DNA of 64,000 bases from an uncultured Myxococcales bacterium (lineage in GTDB: Bacteria > Myxococcota > UBA4151): assembly GCA_964013405.1 (NCBI GenBank), contig CAXGWI010000002.1:32040-96039 (forward strand), written 5' to 3'. Made by a program: the position numbers and the translations under genes. The notes below the pieces were generated by a model. It made no database searches. It was given only the letters and a program-made list of their open reading frames with translations, and was not told the DNA's origin. Below, piece after piece: positions 18,317 through 28,828 of this stretch (positions are counted from its first letter, which is position 1; each line of letters opens with the position of its first letter).

Positions 18317-20896
18317 CTAGGGTGCGACGACCAAGTCATCCCCATCCCGGGGCAGGATCTTGCGATGACCGAAGCTGAAGTGGGCCAGTCCCGTGAGGGA
18401 GACAAAGCGGGTGCCGACCTCTCGGGCAAAGAAGTCCCCTTCTTCGAGCTCTGGAAAGATAAAGTCATCGACCCAAAGGCCTTCGAGAATGGCGAACTGG
18501 CCGTAATCATTGTCCGGGCCGTCGGGGTTGGCGTTCACGATCTCCACGTCTTCGACAGTCACGAGGACGCCCTCCCATTGTTCTGCGGTTTCCGCATCGT
18601 CGGCGAGGTCGGCCGCTTGAAGCACTTCGGGCGCGGGCAGGTCGGCCGTTTGTGGGTGAATGGTCACGATGGGTGAGACCAACTCGGTGAGGGTGTGGTA
18701 TTCGAGTAATTCGCCTTGCACGCTCACGACCTGGCCCCGGGCGAGACCTTCGGGGAGTGCCTCTCGACTGTAGATCAGAATGCCGGAGTAAGGGCCTGTT
18801 CCTTGTTGGATCCAGAACCCGCGCCCGGGCTCGACCTCGGTCACCACGGCCTCTTCCACCATCACGTCGGAGCCCTCTTCGACTTCGCCCCGCTGCAGAG
18901 CCTGAATGGTCACGGTGGGCGCGGGGCAGCGCAGTTCACCGGGGTTCGATGCTTCGGGGCATTCGTCGCAAGCGTCGCCGTGTCCGTCCTCATCACCGTC
19001 GGCCTGATCGGCATTCGGCACGCTTACACAGTTGTCTTCGTCGTCAGCGATGGTGTCGCCATCTCGATCACGGATACCGGTGCATTCGGTCACATCGGGC
19101 TCAAAGGGGCAGGGGTCGCAGGCATCTCCCAAGCCATCGCCGTCGCTGTCCGGTTGCAGGCCCTCATCGAGGGGACGAATCGGGTTAAAGAGCGAGGAGC
19201 AATTGTCCTCGGCATCGGGGATACCGTCGCCATCTTGGTCGCCGTCGTTGATTTGGCCTGTGTAGGCATTGGAGTCACCGTAGCGGTCTTCTTCCCGGCG
19301 TAAGGGTTCGCAGGTGGGCTCATCGGTGGGCACACCGCAATGAACAAGGCCGTAGTCAAGGCTTGATGCCAGCTCGTCGTAGCTCCAGTTCGTTTCTTGG
19401 CGGGCGCAGACCCGATAGGCTTTGCCGCAGATCTGAACAGGGTCGCAGTTGTCGGCAATGGCGCTCATGATCTCAGCCCGGCCCGAGAGTCTCACCCCCC
19501 CTCGAAGTACCAGCAATACATCTTCCGGTTGGGCCGAAATGACCCGGCCGTAGGGGTTGTTACGGGGCCCCGCAAAGATCGCGATGTCCCCACGCAAGCC
19601 AACCTTCAAGTCGCCGATTTCGTCCTCGGCCCGAAAGACACGAGCCGCATCGACAGTGGCCATACGCCATAGACCGTAATCGCCGATCCGATTGCCCAGA
19701 TAGCGCTCATCGAAGGCCTCGGCGCAGCGCAATTCCCGGAGCATCGAAATGGAGCCAGAGTCGACCCAGTCGGTACCGAGAGCGACGGGCACACCGCTCG
19801 CGAGGGCCAGGCCGATGGAAGCCGTGTCCCCGTAGAGGCTAATGTTACTCCGAGGGGACCAAATGAGGCCCATTTGCAGTCGGTACATGGTCTGGAAATC
19901 ATCGGCAGTCAGACCGACGCCATGGATGATCGCCGCGCCATCGAGGGCATTGGCCGCCCCCTCTCTACCATTAGTGAGGCAGAGGAACTCGTTGCGTGCT
20001 TCCGCATCGATCCCCTCAGCCACATGGGGCACATAGACTGAGTCCCCCCGGTTCTCTCGTAGTTTACGATACGCGCTGCTGTTGGCGTCGGCCACGGCCA
20101 CATAACCACAGCCATCGGTCCGTTGGTCGCCACTGGCATCACCCAGGGGAAAGGTGGCGTAAGTGGCCGCCGCTTGGTCCATGCCCTCCCGTTGGTTGCC
20201 CCGATCCAAGTTTCGGAGAAAGCCATCGGCACCGCCGGAGCCATTGAGACTGGTTGTGCCGCCGAGGACGAAGCGAAGCTCAGCGGCAGCCATGGCCTGT
20301 TGACTGGCGCCTCCGCCCGATGGCGAGACTCGGGGATGGCCCCGCTTGCCCCGCCGCCAGTCGTGGCGATGGCGCCAACGAAGATCCGGATCGACACCAT
20401 CGTCCGCTGCTCGCCATGGATGCCCATTGGCGAAGCCGATGTGTTCGTGGGCGTTGATCAGGCCGGGACTGATGCTCGCCTGGGGGCAGTGGATGCGCGT
20501 TGCGGCATCATCGTTACAATCACAACCCACGCAGGTGATTTCACCGTCTTCGACGATGACGGAGCCATTGGAGAGCACGGTGCCATCGGCCTGGAGTACA
20601 TCGCCGCTGAGCCACAGGGTGTCGTTTCCGGATGCGATGCCACAAGGGGCCCCGGTTTCCGGCTCCGGCCCCGTATTTCCTTCGCATTGCTGAGGTGTGA
20701 CGGGGTCGTCTTCGCCCCGGTTTGCTGGGGCACCGGTATCCACCGGCGTGCCGGCATCTGCAGCTTCACCACCGGCATCGGCCTGCGAGCCTACATCTTC
20801 GGCCGGTGTCGCAGGGCCTGCATCCACGCCGCCGTCATCGATCCGGGGGCATGCACAGAGGAAAAGAAGGGTGATGAGCGAAGCTTTCGAGTTCAC
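18317..20896 (-). CDS. Exported amidohydrolase-family lipoprotein with thrombospondin type-3 repeats and C-terminal OB-fold-like domain
   Basis: GTG start after AAGGGAG; lipobox LCAC; PGLINAHEH, HVAEG, IIHG, LGTD; DGDGIPDAEDNC and DGDGLGDACD repeats; GFWIQ...YSGILIY...EQWEGVLV. Confidence 0.85.
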   Translation of the reverse strand: MNSKASLITLLFLCACPRIDDGGVDAGPATPAEDVGSQADAGGEAADAGTPVDTGAPANRGEDDPVTPQQCEGNTGPEPETGAPCGIASGNDTLWLSGDVLQADGTVLSNGSVIVEDGEITCVGCDCNDDAATRIHCPQASISPGLINAHEHIGFANGHPWRAADDGVDPDLRWRHRHDWRRGKRGHPRVSPSGGGASQQAMAAAELRFVLGGTTSLNGSGGADGFLRNLDRGNQREGMDQAAATYATFPLGDASGDQRTDGCGYVAVADANSSAYRKLRENRGDSVYVPHVAEGIDAEARNEFLCLTNGREGAANALDGAAIIHGVGLTADDFQTMYRLQMGLIWSPRSNISLYGDTASIGLALASGVPVALGTDWVDSGSISMLRELRCAEAFDERYLGNRIGDYGLWRMATVDAARVFRAEDEIGDLKVGLRGDIAIFAGPRNNPYGRVISAQPEDVLLVLRGGVRLSGRAEIMSAIADNCDPVQICGKAYRVCARQETNWSYDELASSLDYGLVHCGVPTDEPTCEPLRREEDRYGDSNAYTGQINDGDQDGDGIPDAEDNCSSLFNPIRPLDEGLQPDSDGDGLGDACDPCPFEPDVTECTGIRDRDGDTIADDEDNCVSVPNADQADGDEDGHGDACDECPEASNPGELRCPAPTVTIQALQRGEVEEGSDVMVEEAVVTEVEPGRGFWIQQGTGPYSGILIYSREALPEGLARGQVVSVQGELLEYHTLTELVSPIVTIHPQTADLPAPEVLQAADLADDAETAEQWEGVLVTVEDVEIVNANPDGPDNDYGQFAILEGLWVDDFIFPELEEGDFFAREVGTRFVSLTGLAHFSFGHRKILPRDGDDLVVAP

Positions 20897-20977
20897 GTGT
20901 AGACTCCCTTGCGGGGGCTGTTTTACCTGCGTTGCCAGGAAGTGCCAGGCCAAGCACGCCGCCTTCGGTCGTTTAGC

Positions 20978-21406
20978 CTAGGGCGATCGGCTACCGATCA
21001 CGGTGCCTTCGCCGACGCAGTTATCCCCCTCGACCTCTACACGGCCGGAAACCCCGCCGTTGTCGGAAGTGGTGAGATCGAAGGTCATGGTGAAGCCGTC
21101 CTGGCGTTCGTGGGTGACTTGCAGCCGGCAATAGGGGCCCTGGGCTTCGGAGGTCATGGACAGCGTCTGCATCTCACCGGGGCGCTCCAGAAAGATACCG
21201 CCGCCAACGATCTGTTTGACAAAAAAGTCATCACTGCGAGGAAGATCGGCTTCATCGCAATCACCCCCCGTCCAATCGAGGGAGAGTTGCCAATGGGCCG
21301 ACTCGTAGCAGGGGTCATCGACCGGCGCTGGGGCTTCACCACTGGGGCAAGCGCCCAGAGCCAGAAGAAGACCCAGCGCGAGGTGTGGGTGTCGGTACAG
21401 CATCAT
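20978..21406 (-). CDS. Hypothetical small lipoprotein
   Basis: Lipobox LALGAC; beta-rich mature part with 4 further Cys; ATGA overlap with the upstream gene. Confidence 0.7.
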   Translation of the reverse strand: MMLYRHPHLALGLLLALGACPSGEAPAPVDDPCYESAHWQLSLDWTGGDCDEADLPRSDDFFVKQIVGGGIFLERPGEMQTLSMTSEAQGPYCRLQVTHERQDGFTMTFDLTTSDNGGVSGRVEVEGDNCVGEGTVIGSRSP

Positions 21407-23865
21407 GGCGTCTGGTCCACATTGTGGGGTGGTTCGCGCACAAAAATCTCCAGTCCGCCGCTTTGTTGCCAGCGGGGTTGGCCAACGTTGGCATTCGATT
21501 TGGAGGCGAAGGAGCCGTCGTCGCTAAATCGAGAACTGGAAATACAAAGGGCCGATTTGGGCCCAACCCAGGTCAGCGGTCGGACGGCAGATTCTAGAGT
21601 GTCGCTACAGCTACCGTAACAGCCGATACAAAGATCGGCGTCGATAGGCTGGGAATTGATCACTTCACCATCCCGGCCCGGCGGCACCCGAAGTTCGAGG
21701 ACCTTGCGCTTTGCCACCATGAGCCAGGGCTGGAAGCCTTGATTGGGTAGCGTGCCGGAGACCAGGGTGAGTAGCCCCGCATCCCGGCGCATGAAGCGCC
21801 ATTTGTTGTTCTGGTTGAATTCATCGACGTTGGGGCGCCGGAAGATGCCATCGATTCTGCCTTGGTCGTCGACTTGGCTCGTCGGGTCCTCGGCCAGATC
21901 CACCGTCTGCCGGGTCCGAGTTCCTGGTTCGAAGACGCCGCCGTTGATGTAGACGACAAATTCCGGGACGCCAGAGCCAGAGTCTTCGGTCTCTTGAAAG
22001 AATTTGATGAGGGCGTCACCGGAGCGCTGGTTCAGCGGACGAAGGCCCGAGCAGGTTTCAAAGAAGTGCCTTGGAACATTGCCGTCGGCCCGCACCTTGG
22101 CGCATTCCGTCCAGCCACCGGTCCGGCCCCCGGCCGTCACGTCGAAGTCGCAGTAGACTTGGCGAGTTCGCAGGATATAGCGATCCTGATTGCCCCGGGC
22201 CGGTACGAGTCGACGGGTATTGATGTAATAGAAACCGCTCTCAAGGGCATCGTCGTAGACTTGTTGTAGCGCCAGGCAGCTCGGCGCGGCCTTCGCCTCG
22301 GTGGACCCATCGGGATAGGCCCTGCATACGGCGTTACCATCGGCATCATCGAACTGGGAACAGGGCGTCAGGTCCTGACGTGCTTCGACCGCGTCGTCCC
22401 CATCCCCCCGATTCGGTTCTAGGTAGGTGCCGTTATTGGGTCCATCATCGCAAGGCTCGTAACCCGGTTGGCCAGCGGCAAGGTCGAGACGAGTGATCCC
22501 ATCACCACATTGAGCGGGGCTGCATTCGTTGGTGCAGGCATCTTCGTCGGTGTCGTTGCCATCATCACAGGCTTCATGGTTGGGATCATCTTCGTTGAGG
22601 ATGTCGCGACGAACGACCCCATCGCCACAACTGGCGAGCACGCAATTGTTCAGGCAAGCGTCGGCGTCGTTCCCGTCGCCATCATCACAACTTTCGGCAC
22701 CCTCCTCGCCGATCGCGATGTCTGTTCTGACAAGACCATCGCCGCAGCGGGCAGCGAGGCAAACACCACAGCGCCCGTCCGCATCGTCGCGACATGCATC
22801 GGGCAAGCAGATACAACGGTCGCTGCTGTCGAGGTTGCCATCGTCGCAGGCTTCAAAGCCCACGTTGATGCAGCGACCCATGTCGCCAGCCGTGATCACG
22901 CAGACCTCGTTTTCGCCGCAGCTTTCTGTCGTTCGGCAGGGAGCTTCCGAGCCGATGGTGATATCATATCGCTGTTGTCCATCCCCAGCCGTATTGAGCC
23001 GACAGGTTGCGAGGCACCCATCCTCGTTGGATTCGTTGCCATCGTCGCAGGCCTCGCCGTTCACATCATCTTCGGGGAGGTCACGCCGCTGGATGCCATC
23101 ACCACAGCGGGCTCGACGGCAATCGATGCATGCGTCATCCTCGACCCCATTGGAGTCATCGCATTCTTCCACGCCCGTGCGCGGGATCCCGTCACCACAA
23201 CGAGCGACGATGCACTCATTCGTGCAACTGTCATTGTCACTGTCGTTGCCGTCATCGCACCGCTCTTCGACGGCATAGATGACCCCGTCGCCGCAGGCGG
23301 CCGGGATACAACTGTTGCGGCACGCGTCCGATTCGACCGTATTGCCATCGTCGCACTGTTCGACGCCGGTCCAAACGACTCCATCACCGCAACTGGCCTC
23401 GTCACAGTTGTTGAGGCACTCATCTTGGTCATCATCGTTGCCGTCATCACATGCTTCGCCGTCTTGTCGGTGCCCATCGCCACATTGGGCGACCTGACAG
23501 ACGGTCGTGCAGTTGTCGTCGTTGTCGTCGTTGCCATCGTCGCAGTCTTCGACGCCGGTCCAAACGACGCCATCACCACATCGGGCCGTGGTGCAGCTGT
23601 TGGTACAAGCATCCGTTGAGACCTGATTGTTGTCGTCACACTCTTCACTGTCTGTTCGCAGGAAGCCATCGCCACAGCGAGCTTCTTGGCAGGTGGCGAG
23701 GCAGGCATCGAATTCGTTGTTGTTGCCATCATCGCAGGGCTCCCCGGGCTCAACGATGCCATTGCCGCAGACGGCGACGCCCTCCGTCGGGGTCGTGTCT
23801 ACGAGGGTCGGCAGCGGACTGGTACAGCCCGTGGTCACAAAAAGCAGGAGTCCCCATCGCTTCAT
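21403..23865 (-). CDS. Lipoprotein with about 12 DUF4215-type repeats and a fibrinogen-like C-terminal region
   Basis: Lipobox TTGC; CGDG/CDDGN repeats; AAPSCLAL...SGFYYI...QVYCDF...GGWT resembles the N-terminal part of fibrinogen-related domains. Confidence 0.85.
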   Translation of the reverse strand: MKRWGLLLFVTTGCTSPLPTLVDTTPTEGVAVCGNGIVEPGEPCDDGNNNEFDACLATCQEARCGDGFLRTDSEECDDNNQVSTDACTNSCTTARCGDGVVWTGVEDCDDGNDDNDDNCTTVCQVAQCGDGHRQDGEACDDGNDDDQDECLNNCDEASCGDGVVWTGVEQCDDGNTVESDACRNSCIPAACGDGVIYAVEERCDDGNDSDNDSCTNECIVARCGDGIPRTGVEECDDSNGVEDDACIDCRRARCGDGIQRRDLPEDDVNGEACDDGNESNEDGCLATCRLNTAGDGQQRYDITIGSEAPCRTTESCGENEVCVITAGDMGRCINVGFEACDDGNLDSSDRCICLPDACRDDADGRCGVCLAARCGDGLVRTDIAIGEEGAESCDDGDGNDADACLNNCVLASCGDGVVRRDILNEDDPNHEACDDGNDTDEDACTNECSPAQCGDGITRLDLAAGQPGYEPCDDGPNNGTYLEPNRGDGDDAVEARQDLTPCSQFDDADGNAVCRAYPDGSTEAKAAPSCLALQQVYDDALESGFYYINTRRLVPARGNQDRYILRTRQVYCDFDVTAGGRTGGWTECAKVRADGNVPRHFFETCSGLRPLNQRSGDALIKFFQETEDSGSGVPEFVVYINGGVFEPGTRTRQTVDLAEDPTSQVDDQGRIDGIFRRPNVDEFNQNNKWRFMRRDAGLLTLVSGTLPNQGFQPWLMVAKRKVLELRVPPGRDGEVINSQPIDADLCIGCYGSCSDTLESAVRPLTWVGPKSALCISSSRFSDDGSFASKSNANVGQPRWQQSGGLEIFVREPPHNVDQTP

Positions 23866-24929
23866 GCGACGGCCTCCTGATGGGCCAAAGTCTGGAAGGC
23901 CTGGATGCTCTGCTCCAGGTCCCCATCGTCGACGTCCCGGTGGGTCACCGCCCGATAACGCCCATGCCCGCCGGTGATCAGAACTCCCTGCTTTTGGAGG
24001 GCGACCACGAACGCGTTTTCACCGGCCTCGTTGTGGTGATCGAGGGGATGGTCTGGGGCAAGGTCGAAGTAAACCAAGTTGGTTTGGACGCCGTCGAGGT
24101 CGACCTGCAGTCCCGGGATCTCGGCGATGGCCTCGGCCAATCGACGGGCCCGCTTGTGGTCTTTCGCTAAGCCATCCACGTGATGGTCGAGTGCGTAGAT
24201 GCCGGCGGCGGCGACGACGCCGGCTTGACGCATGCCACCGCCATACATCTTGCGGAAGCGGTAGGCTCTTTGAATCAAGGCATTGGAGCCAGCGAGGACG
24301 CTCCCTAAGGGGGCGCCGAGCCCCTTGGAAAGGCAGATGGACACCGTGGTAAAAGGCGCTGCGAGTTCCGCGGCAGACCGCTCCGAGGCAACAGCGGCAT
24401 TCATCAAGCGGGCCCCATCGAGATGCATCGGAATCCCCCGGGCCTGAGCGAGGGCTGCCACCTTGAGGACATGGGCTTGGTCGAGCACCCGGCCGCCGCG
24501 GGCATTGTGGGTGTTCTCCATGCAGATCAGTCGGGTGTTGGCGAAATGGGGGTCATCGGTTTGGTGAATCTCTGACGCCAAGGCCGCGAGTGGAAGGTGC
24601 CCGGTGGCCGAATCGAGGGTTCGGATGGTGAGGCCCGCGAGGGCGGCGGCCCCGCCACTTTCGTAGTTGTAGATGTGGCAGCCCCGGTGGGCGATGATCT
24701 CATCGCCGGCCTGGGTGTGGGCCCTGAGGGCTAGTTGATTCGCCATCGTGCCCGTCGGAACGTACAATGCCGCCTCTTTTTTGAGCAAGGCTGCGACCTG
24801 CTCCTGCAAGCGGATCACGGTGGGATCGTCACCGAACACATCATCGCCAAGGGGGGCGGCCATCATGGCGTCACGCATCCCCGGCGACGGTTGGGTCACG
24901 GTATCACTGCGTAGGTCGATCGGCTTCAC
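23862..24929 (-). CDS. ltaE: Low-specificity L-threonine aldolase
   Basis: [53 protein letters not shown]. Confidence 0.95.
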   Translation of the reverse strand: MKPIDLRSDTVTQPSPGMRDAMMAAPLGDDVFGDDPTVIRLQEQVAALLKKEAALYVPTGTMANQLALRAHTQAGDEIIAHRGCHIYNYESGGAAALAGLTIRTLDSATGHLPLAALASEIHQTDDPHFANTRLICMENTHNARGGRVLDQAHVLKVAALAQARGIPMHLDGARLMNAAVASERSAAELAAPFTTVSICLSKGLGAPLGSVLAGSNALIQRAYRFRKMYGGGMRQAGVVAAAGIYALDHHVDGLAKDHKRARRLAEAIAEIPGLQVDLDGVQTNLVYFDLAPDHPLDHHNEAGENAFVVALQKQGVLITGGHGRYRAVTHRDVDDGDLEQSIQAFQTLAHQEAVA

Positions 24930-25051
24930 GGTCCTCGCTCCATCCTATCCTGAACTCAGTGTGGCGCTTCAGGCGTAGCCTGGCAATGGCCTGCTGGCTT
25001 TGCGGCCCCGGAAAAACCGGGTAACCTGCTCGGGCTTAGGGGAGTCATACC

Positions 25052-26095
25052 ATGCGAAAGTGGGTTGTTTTGTTCGCTGTGCCCGTGATGGGCTTCGGTT
25101 GTGGTCCTGCAATGGACGCCGAGAATATCAGTCTCGGTGACGATGTGGATTGGGGGGCTCGGAACGCAGCCTGGGAGGTTGACGCCTGTGCGGACTTTCA
25201 GGGGGATGGCACGAACCTGCAGGAAGCCTGCTCTTCTGATGATTCCTGGTCCATGGAGGACAAGAACGTCCATAGTCCGACGGTAGGGCAACAGCTTCGC
25301 CCGGACACCTTGGGTAAGGTCAGTCTCTGGGCGTACTACTGGGCGAACTGCGGGACTTGCGTTCAACAACTGGCCTTCTTGCAGGTTCTGAAAGATGAAC
25401 TCACCAGTCAGGGCTACGACGTGGAGATCGTCGGGGTGGCCTACCGCAGCGCGGACATCGGTCAACTCGGTGCCTCGCCCCGAGCAGCCAGTGGTGCTTG
25501 CCAGGGCGCACGGTCCGGTTACGCTTCCTGTGTTCAGGGCGAAAATGACATGATTAAACTGACCATTCCGGTGGTTTTGGATCCAGGCAGGGTGTCTGAA
25601 ATGCATGCTGTGAATCGGGGCGACTGGTTTGTGTATCGCCCCGACGGCAGGCTTCACAAATACATCAGCAGCGAGCACACCGATGAGATGTTCGCCAATC
25701 CGGACGGTTCGTTTAATGGGCACCTGACCATGCAGGAGAATTGGAATTACCTCATCGACCAACTGAAAACGGCAGCGATGGCACCTTATGGTGGCAAGGA
25801 ACCCTGCTCAGCCCAACACGAATGCGGCGATCCCGATCAGTGGTGCCAGTTCCCCGATGGGCAGTGCGGTGGCCAAGGTGCCTGTGTGACGACCCTGCTC
25901 CCGGCGCGGGCCAATCAGAGTGTCGGTTCAGTGAGCTCGATCTGTGGCACCGATGTGACACCCCAGTGGGTTTGCAGTTGTGACGGCTACAGCTATCGGT
26001 CCCGGTGCCTCGCCGAGGCCTACCGCCAGACAGGCAGCGATGCGACAACTCAGTCCGGTAACATTTCTCACCTCGGAAAGTGTGAAGGCGATTGA
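25052..26095 (+). CDS. Lipoprotein with thioredoxin-like (CxxC) domain and C-terminal Kazal-like domain
   Basis: GGGGAG RBS; lipobox GFGC; WANCGTC, IVGVA, DWFVYRPDGRL; WVCSCDGYSYRSRC. Confidence 0.75.
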   Translation: MRKWVVLFAVPVMGFGCGPAMDAENISLGDDVDWGARNAAWEVDACADFQGDGTNLQEACSSDDSWSMEDKNVHSPTVGQQLRPDTLGKVSLWAYYWANCGTCVQQLAFLQVLKDELTSQGYDVEIVGVAYRSADIGQLGASPRAASGACQGARSGYASCVQGENDMIKLTIPVVLDPGRVSEMHAVNRGDWFVYRPDGRLHKYISSEHTDEMFANPDGSFNGHLTMQENWNYLIDQLKTAAMAPYGGKEPCSAQHECGDPDQWCQFPDGQCGGQGACVTTLLPARANQSVGSVSSICGTDVTPQWVCSCDGYSYRSRCLAEAYRQTGSDATTQSGNISHLGKCEGD

Positions 26096-26568
26096 ATTAT
26101 AAACTAATGGTGTGCGCCCTCGTCGTTGGCCTGACAGCCTGCGCCGGTTGGGATGAGTCGAAACAGATGAAAGACCTCTCGGACGACGAGAAACAGGCTA
26201 TCTGTTCTTTTCAATACGCGGCTCTTGGCGGTGCGCCGACGAATGCGATCTGCACGGCTGTGGAGGATGGTCAGCAAGCGCCTGTTCTCATCAGCCAGGG
26301 GGAAGCAGCCGATGCTGAAGCCGAATGCTTGGCCGACGACTCTGGAACCCGTTGGGTGGATTGCCGCACTGCCGATTACGTGGCCTGTTTGAATGCCGTC
26401 GACGAAGCGGGGGATCTGTGTGCGACTCAAACCGCGGCCGCGTGCACGGCCTGGGCCGACTGTGTTGCCAATGCCCGTTCCGGTGGTCGCAGCGGTGGTT
26501 GTGAGGTCGATCGGGATTGCGACCGCGGTCAAATTTGTTCCGACGCACGCTGTGTCGCCGAAGAGTAG
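26092..26568 (+). CDS. Cysteine-rich lipoprotein
   Basis: Lipobox GLTAC; many Cys; C-terminal CEVDRDCDRGQICSDARC; overlaps the upstream stop. Confidence 0.7.
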   Translation: MNYKLMVCALVVGLTACAGWDESKQMKDLSDDEKQAICSFQYAALGGAPTNAICTAVEDGQQAPVLISQGEAADAEAECLADDSGTRWVDCRTADYVACLNAVDEAGDLCATQTAAACTAWADCVANARSGGRSGGCEVDRDCDRGQICSDARCVAEE

Positions 26569-26578
26569 AGGCCCTCAG

Positions 26579-28828
26579 TTAAGGGGCCGAGTCCAGAGAC
26601 TGGCGTAGCTGGCTCTGAAGGGCTTTGGGGTCGGCACCGCCCCGGGCAGCTCGCATGCAGGCGCCCATAAAGAAGCCAAAGAGTTGCTTTTCGCCGCTTC
26701 GGTAACGGTCCCGTTCCGCGGGGTGTTGGTCGATGACTTCACCGATTAATGCCTCAAGGTCGAGGCTGGTCTGTTCGGCCAGTCCGAGGGCTTTAGCGGC
26801 GGCCTTGGGCCCGCAGTTTTCCTTGAGCATGGTCTCGAGCACAACACTGCGTTGGTTTCGTTGTAGACCCTTCTGATCTTCCATTTCCAGGAGCTCGGTG
26901 ATCTGCTGAATCGGGGGGCGCTGGTCTCCGGATAGGTCGTTCAGGATGAGGCTGGCGAGGGGCCGAGGGGCCGCACCGGCGTTCAGGCCGCTTTGGAAGT
27001 AAGCGTCTGTCGCTTCGTCTCGGGTCAGCCGCTCGGCATCCTGCAAGGGCAGGCCCAAGCGTTCCTGCAATTCGGTCATGCGAGTTTGCAGGGCTTCACT
27101 TCGCTCAGCGGGCTGGACCCGGGTCTGCGAGCTTGAGGCTGGCTTTGCTTGCGCTTTAGGCTGGGCCGGCTGGGGGGTTGTTTGTTTCTTCGTCCAGCCG
27201 TCTCTTAATTCAACGATCCGGACGAAGATCGGCTGACCGGACGGGCTGGTTTGCTCGTCCTTCATGAAATAGCCTTGGCGCTCGAACTGGAAGCGGGTCC
27301 CTGGATCAGAGGCCCCAAGCCAGGGCTCCATGCGTGCCCCTTCGATGGTGCGCAGACTGTCTGGATTCAGCTCATCCAGCCAATCAACGCCATCGGTCGT
27401 GCCGGGTTGCGGACTGCGGAAGAGTCGGTCCACCAAGTGCAGCTCCACTGGCAGACTGTGGGGCGTACTCAACCAGTGAATCGTCCCCTTGGGTCTGGCC
27501 TCATCATCGCTCAGGAGGCTGCAATCGAGGCCAGAAACCTCACCGTCTTCGGACCGTCTCACTTGGTCGCAGCGGATCACGCCTCCGTGGCGAAGCCGCA
27601 CAACGCCGCCCGGCGTGAGTCGCTTAAAGCCTTTCGGTGGGGTTTCTTCGAAGTCGGAGCGATCGATCAGAAGTTCCCGACTGAGCGGAAGGGGCCGCGT
27701 GCCCTCTCGGGGGACATCGTGGGGCCAGAGGTCCGCGTCAAGCCACCGGACTTCGTCTTCGGGAAGATTCGTCAGCGTCACCGGGAGCGGATCCTGGACG
27801 ACCAAGACCCGAGCTGCTTCATGATTTAACGTCTCACGGATATGAAAATCCAACAGGGCCGGACTGGTGAGCGCGTTCGACTTCGTCACACCTACATCCA
27901 GACAGAAACGTTGAATCGCCTCAGGGGGCACCCCGCGACGCCGTAGACCGGCCAAAGTCGGCATGCGGGGGTCGTCCCAGCCGCTGACTTCTCCTTGTTC
28001 GACCAACTGTAAAAGCCAGCGCTTGCTCATCACCGTATGGCTCAGATCCAGTCGGCTCATCTCGTACTGGTGGGGGCGATAGGGCACGGGAAGGTTGTCG
28101 AGGAACCAGTCATAAAGGGCCCGGTTGTTGTCGAACTCAAGAGTGCAGACGCTGTGCGTGATGCCCTCAATCGCGTCCTCAAGGCAGTGCGCGTAGTCGT
28201 ACATGGGGTAGATGCACCAGGCATCGCCCGTGCGGTGGTGAGGGGCTTTACGGATGCGGTAGATCAGGGGATCTCGCATGAGGATATTCGGGTGGGCCAT
28301 ATCGATTTTTGCCCGCAGCACCATGGCGCCGTCCTCGAAATCGCCAGCTCGCATGGCTTCAAGGAGCCGGCGACTTTCGGCCCCAGGGCGGTCTCGATAG
28401 GGACTCGGTGTGCCTGGCTCCTGCGCACTGCCTCGGTTGGCGCGGATCGCTTCCACATCTTGCTCATCCACATAGGCTTTCCCCGCATCGATCAGATGCA
28501 AGGCCCAGGCATAAAACTGCTCGAAGTAGTCGGAGGCGAAACGGACCTCGCCATCCCAGGTAAAGCCAAGCCATCGAATGTCCGCCTGAATGGACTCAAC
28601 GTACTCCGTGTCTTCTGTGGTCGGGTTGGTGTCATCGAAGCGGAGATTGCATTTGCCGCCGTATTGGGCGGCCAGACCAAAGTTCAAGCAGATGGACTTC
28701 GCGTGGCCGATATGGAGGTAGCCGTTGGGTTCCGGAGGAAACCGCGTGTGCACCCTTCCCCCGTGCTTGTCGGCAGCTAGATCCCCATCGATGATCTCGG
28801 TGACGAAGTTTTTAAGGCGGTCGCTCAC
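26579..28828 (-). CDS. glnS: Glutamine--tRNA ligase with C-terminal GatB/YqeY domain
   Basis: RFPPEPNGYLHIGHAK, VMSKR, FQFERQGYF; YqeY tail YRSGEKQLFGFFMGACMRAARGGADP. Confidence 0.96.
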   Translation of the reverse strand: MSDRLKNFVTEIIDGDLAADKHGGRVHTRFPPEPNGYLHIGHAKSICLNFGLAAQYGGKCNLRFDDTNPTTEDTEYVESIQADIRWLGFTWDGEVRFASDYFEQFYAWALHLIDAGKAYVDEQDVEAIRANRGSAQEPGTPSPYRDRPGAESRRLLEAMRAGDFEDGAMVLRAKIDMAHPNILMRDPLIYRIRKAPHHRTGDAWCIYPMYDYAHCLEDAIEGITHSVCTLEFDNNRALYDWFLDNLPVPYRPHQYEMSRLDLSHTVMSKRWLLQLVEQGEVSGWDDPRMPTLAGLRRRGVPPEAIQRFCLDVGVTKSNALTSPALLDFHIRETLNHEAARVLVVQDPLPVTLTNLPEDEVRWLDADLWPHDVPREGTRPLPLSRELLIDRSDFEETPPKGFKRLTPGGVVRLRHGGVIRCDQVRRSEDGEVSGLDCSLLSDDEARPKGTIHWLSTPHSLPVELHLVDRLFRSPQPGTTDGVDWLDELNPDSLRTIEGARMEPWLGASDPGTRFQFERQGYFMKDEQTSPSGQPIFVRIVELRDGWTKKQTTPQPAQPKAQAKPASSSQTRVQPAERSEALQTRMTELQERLGLPLQDAERLTRDEATDAYFQSGLNAGAAPRPLASLILNDLSGDQRPPIQQITELLEMEDQKGLQRNQRSVVLETMLKENCGPKAAAKALGLAEQTSLDLEALIGEVIDQHPAERDRYRSGEKQLFGFFMGACMRAARGGADPKALQSQLRQSLDSAP

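Noticed and set aside
11104..23619. Long plus-strand Val/Ala/Ile-rich ORFs (11104-11910, 13321-14163, 22468-23619) resembling membrane proteins
   Set aside because: Antisense shadows of Asp/Asn/Cys-rich repeat genes.
11030..23770. CRISPR-like periodic repeats (ttgccgtcgtcgca / gccatcgccgca)
   Set aside because: They are degenerate codon-level repeats of CDDGN/CGDG inside ORFs, not identical repeats with unique spacers; no cas genes.
25052..26095. Selenoprotein
   Set aside because: The CxxC is encoded by Cys codons and there is no in-frame TGA.
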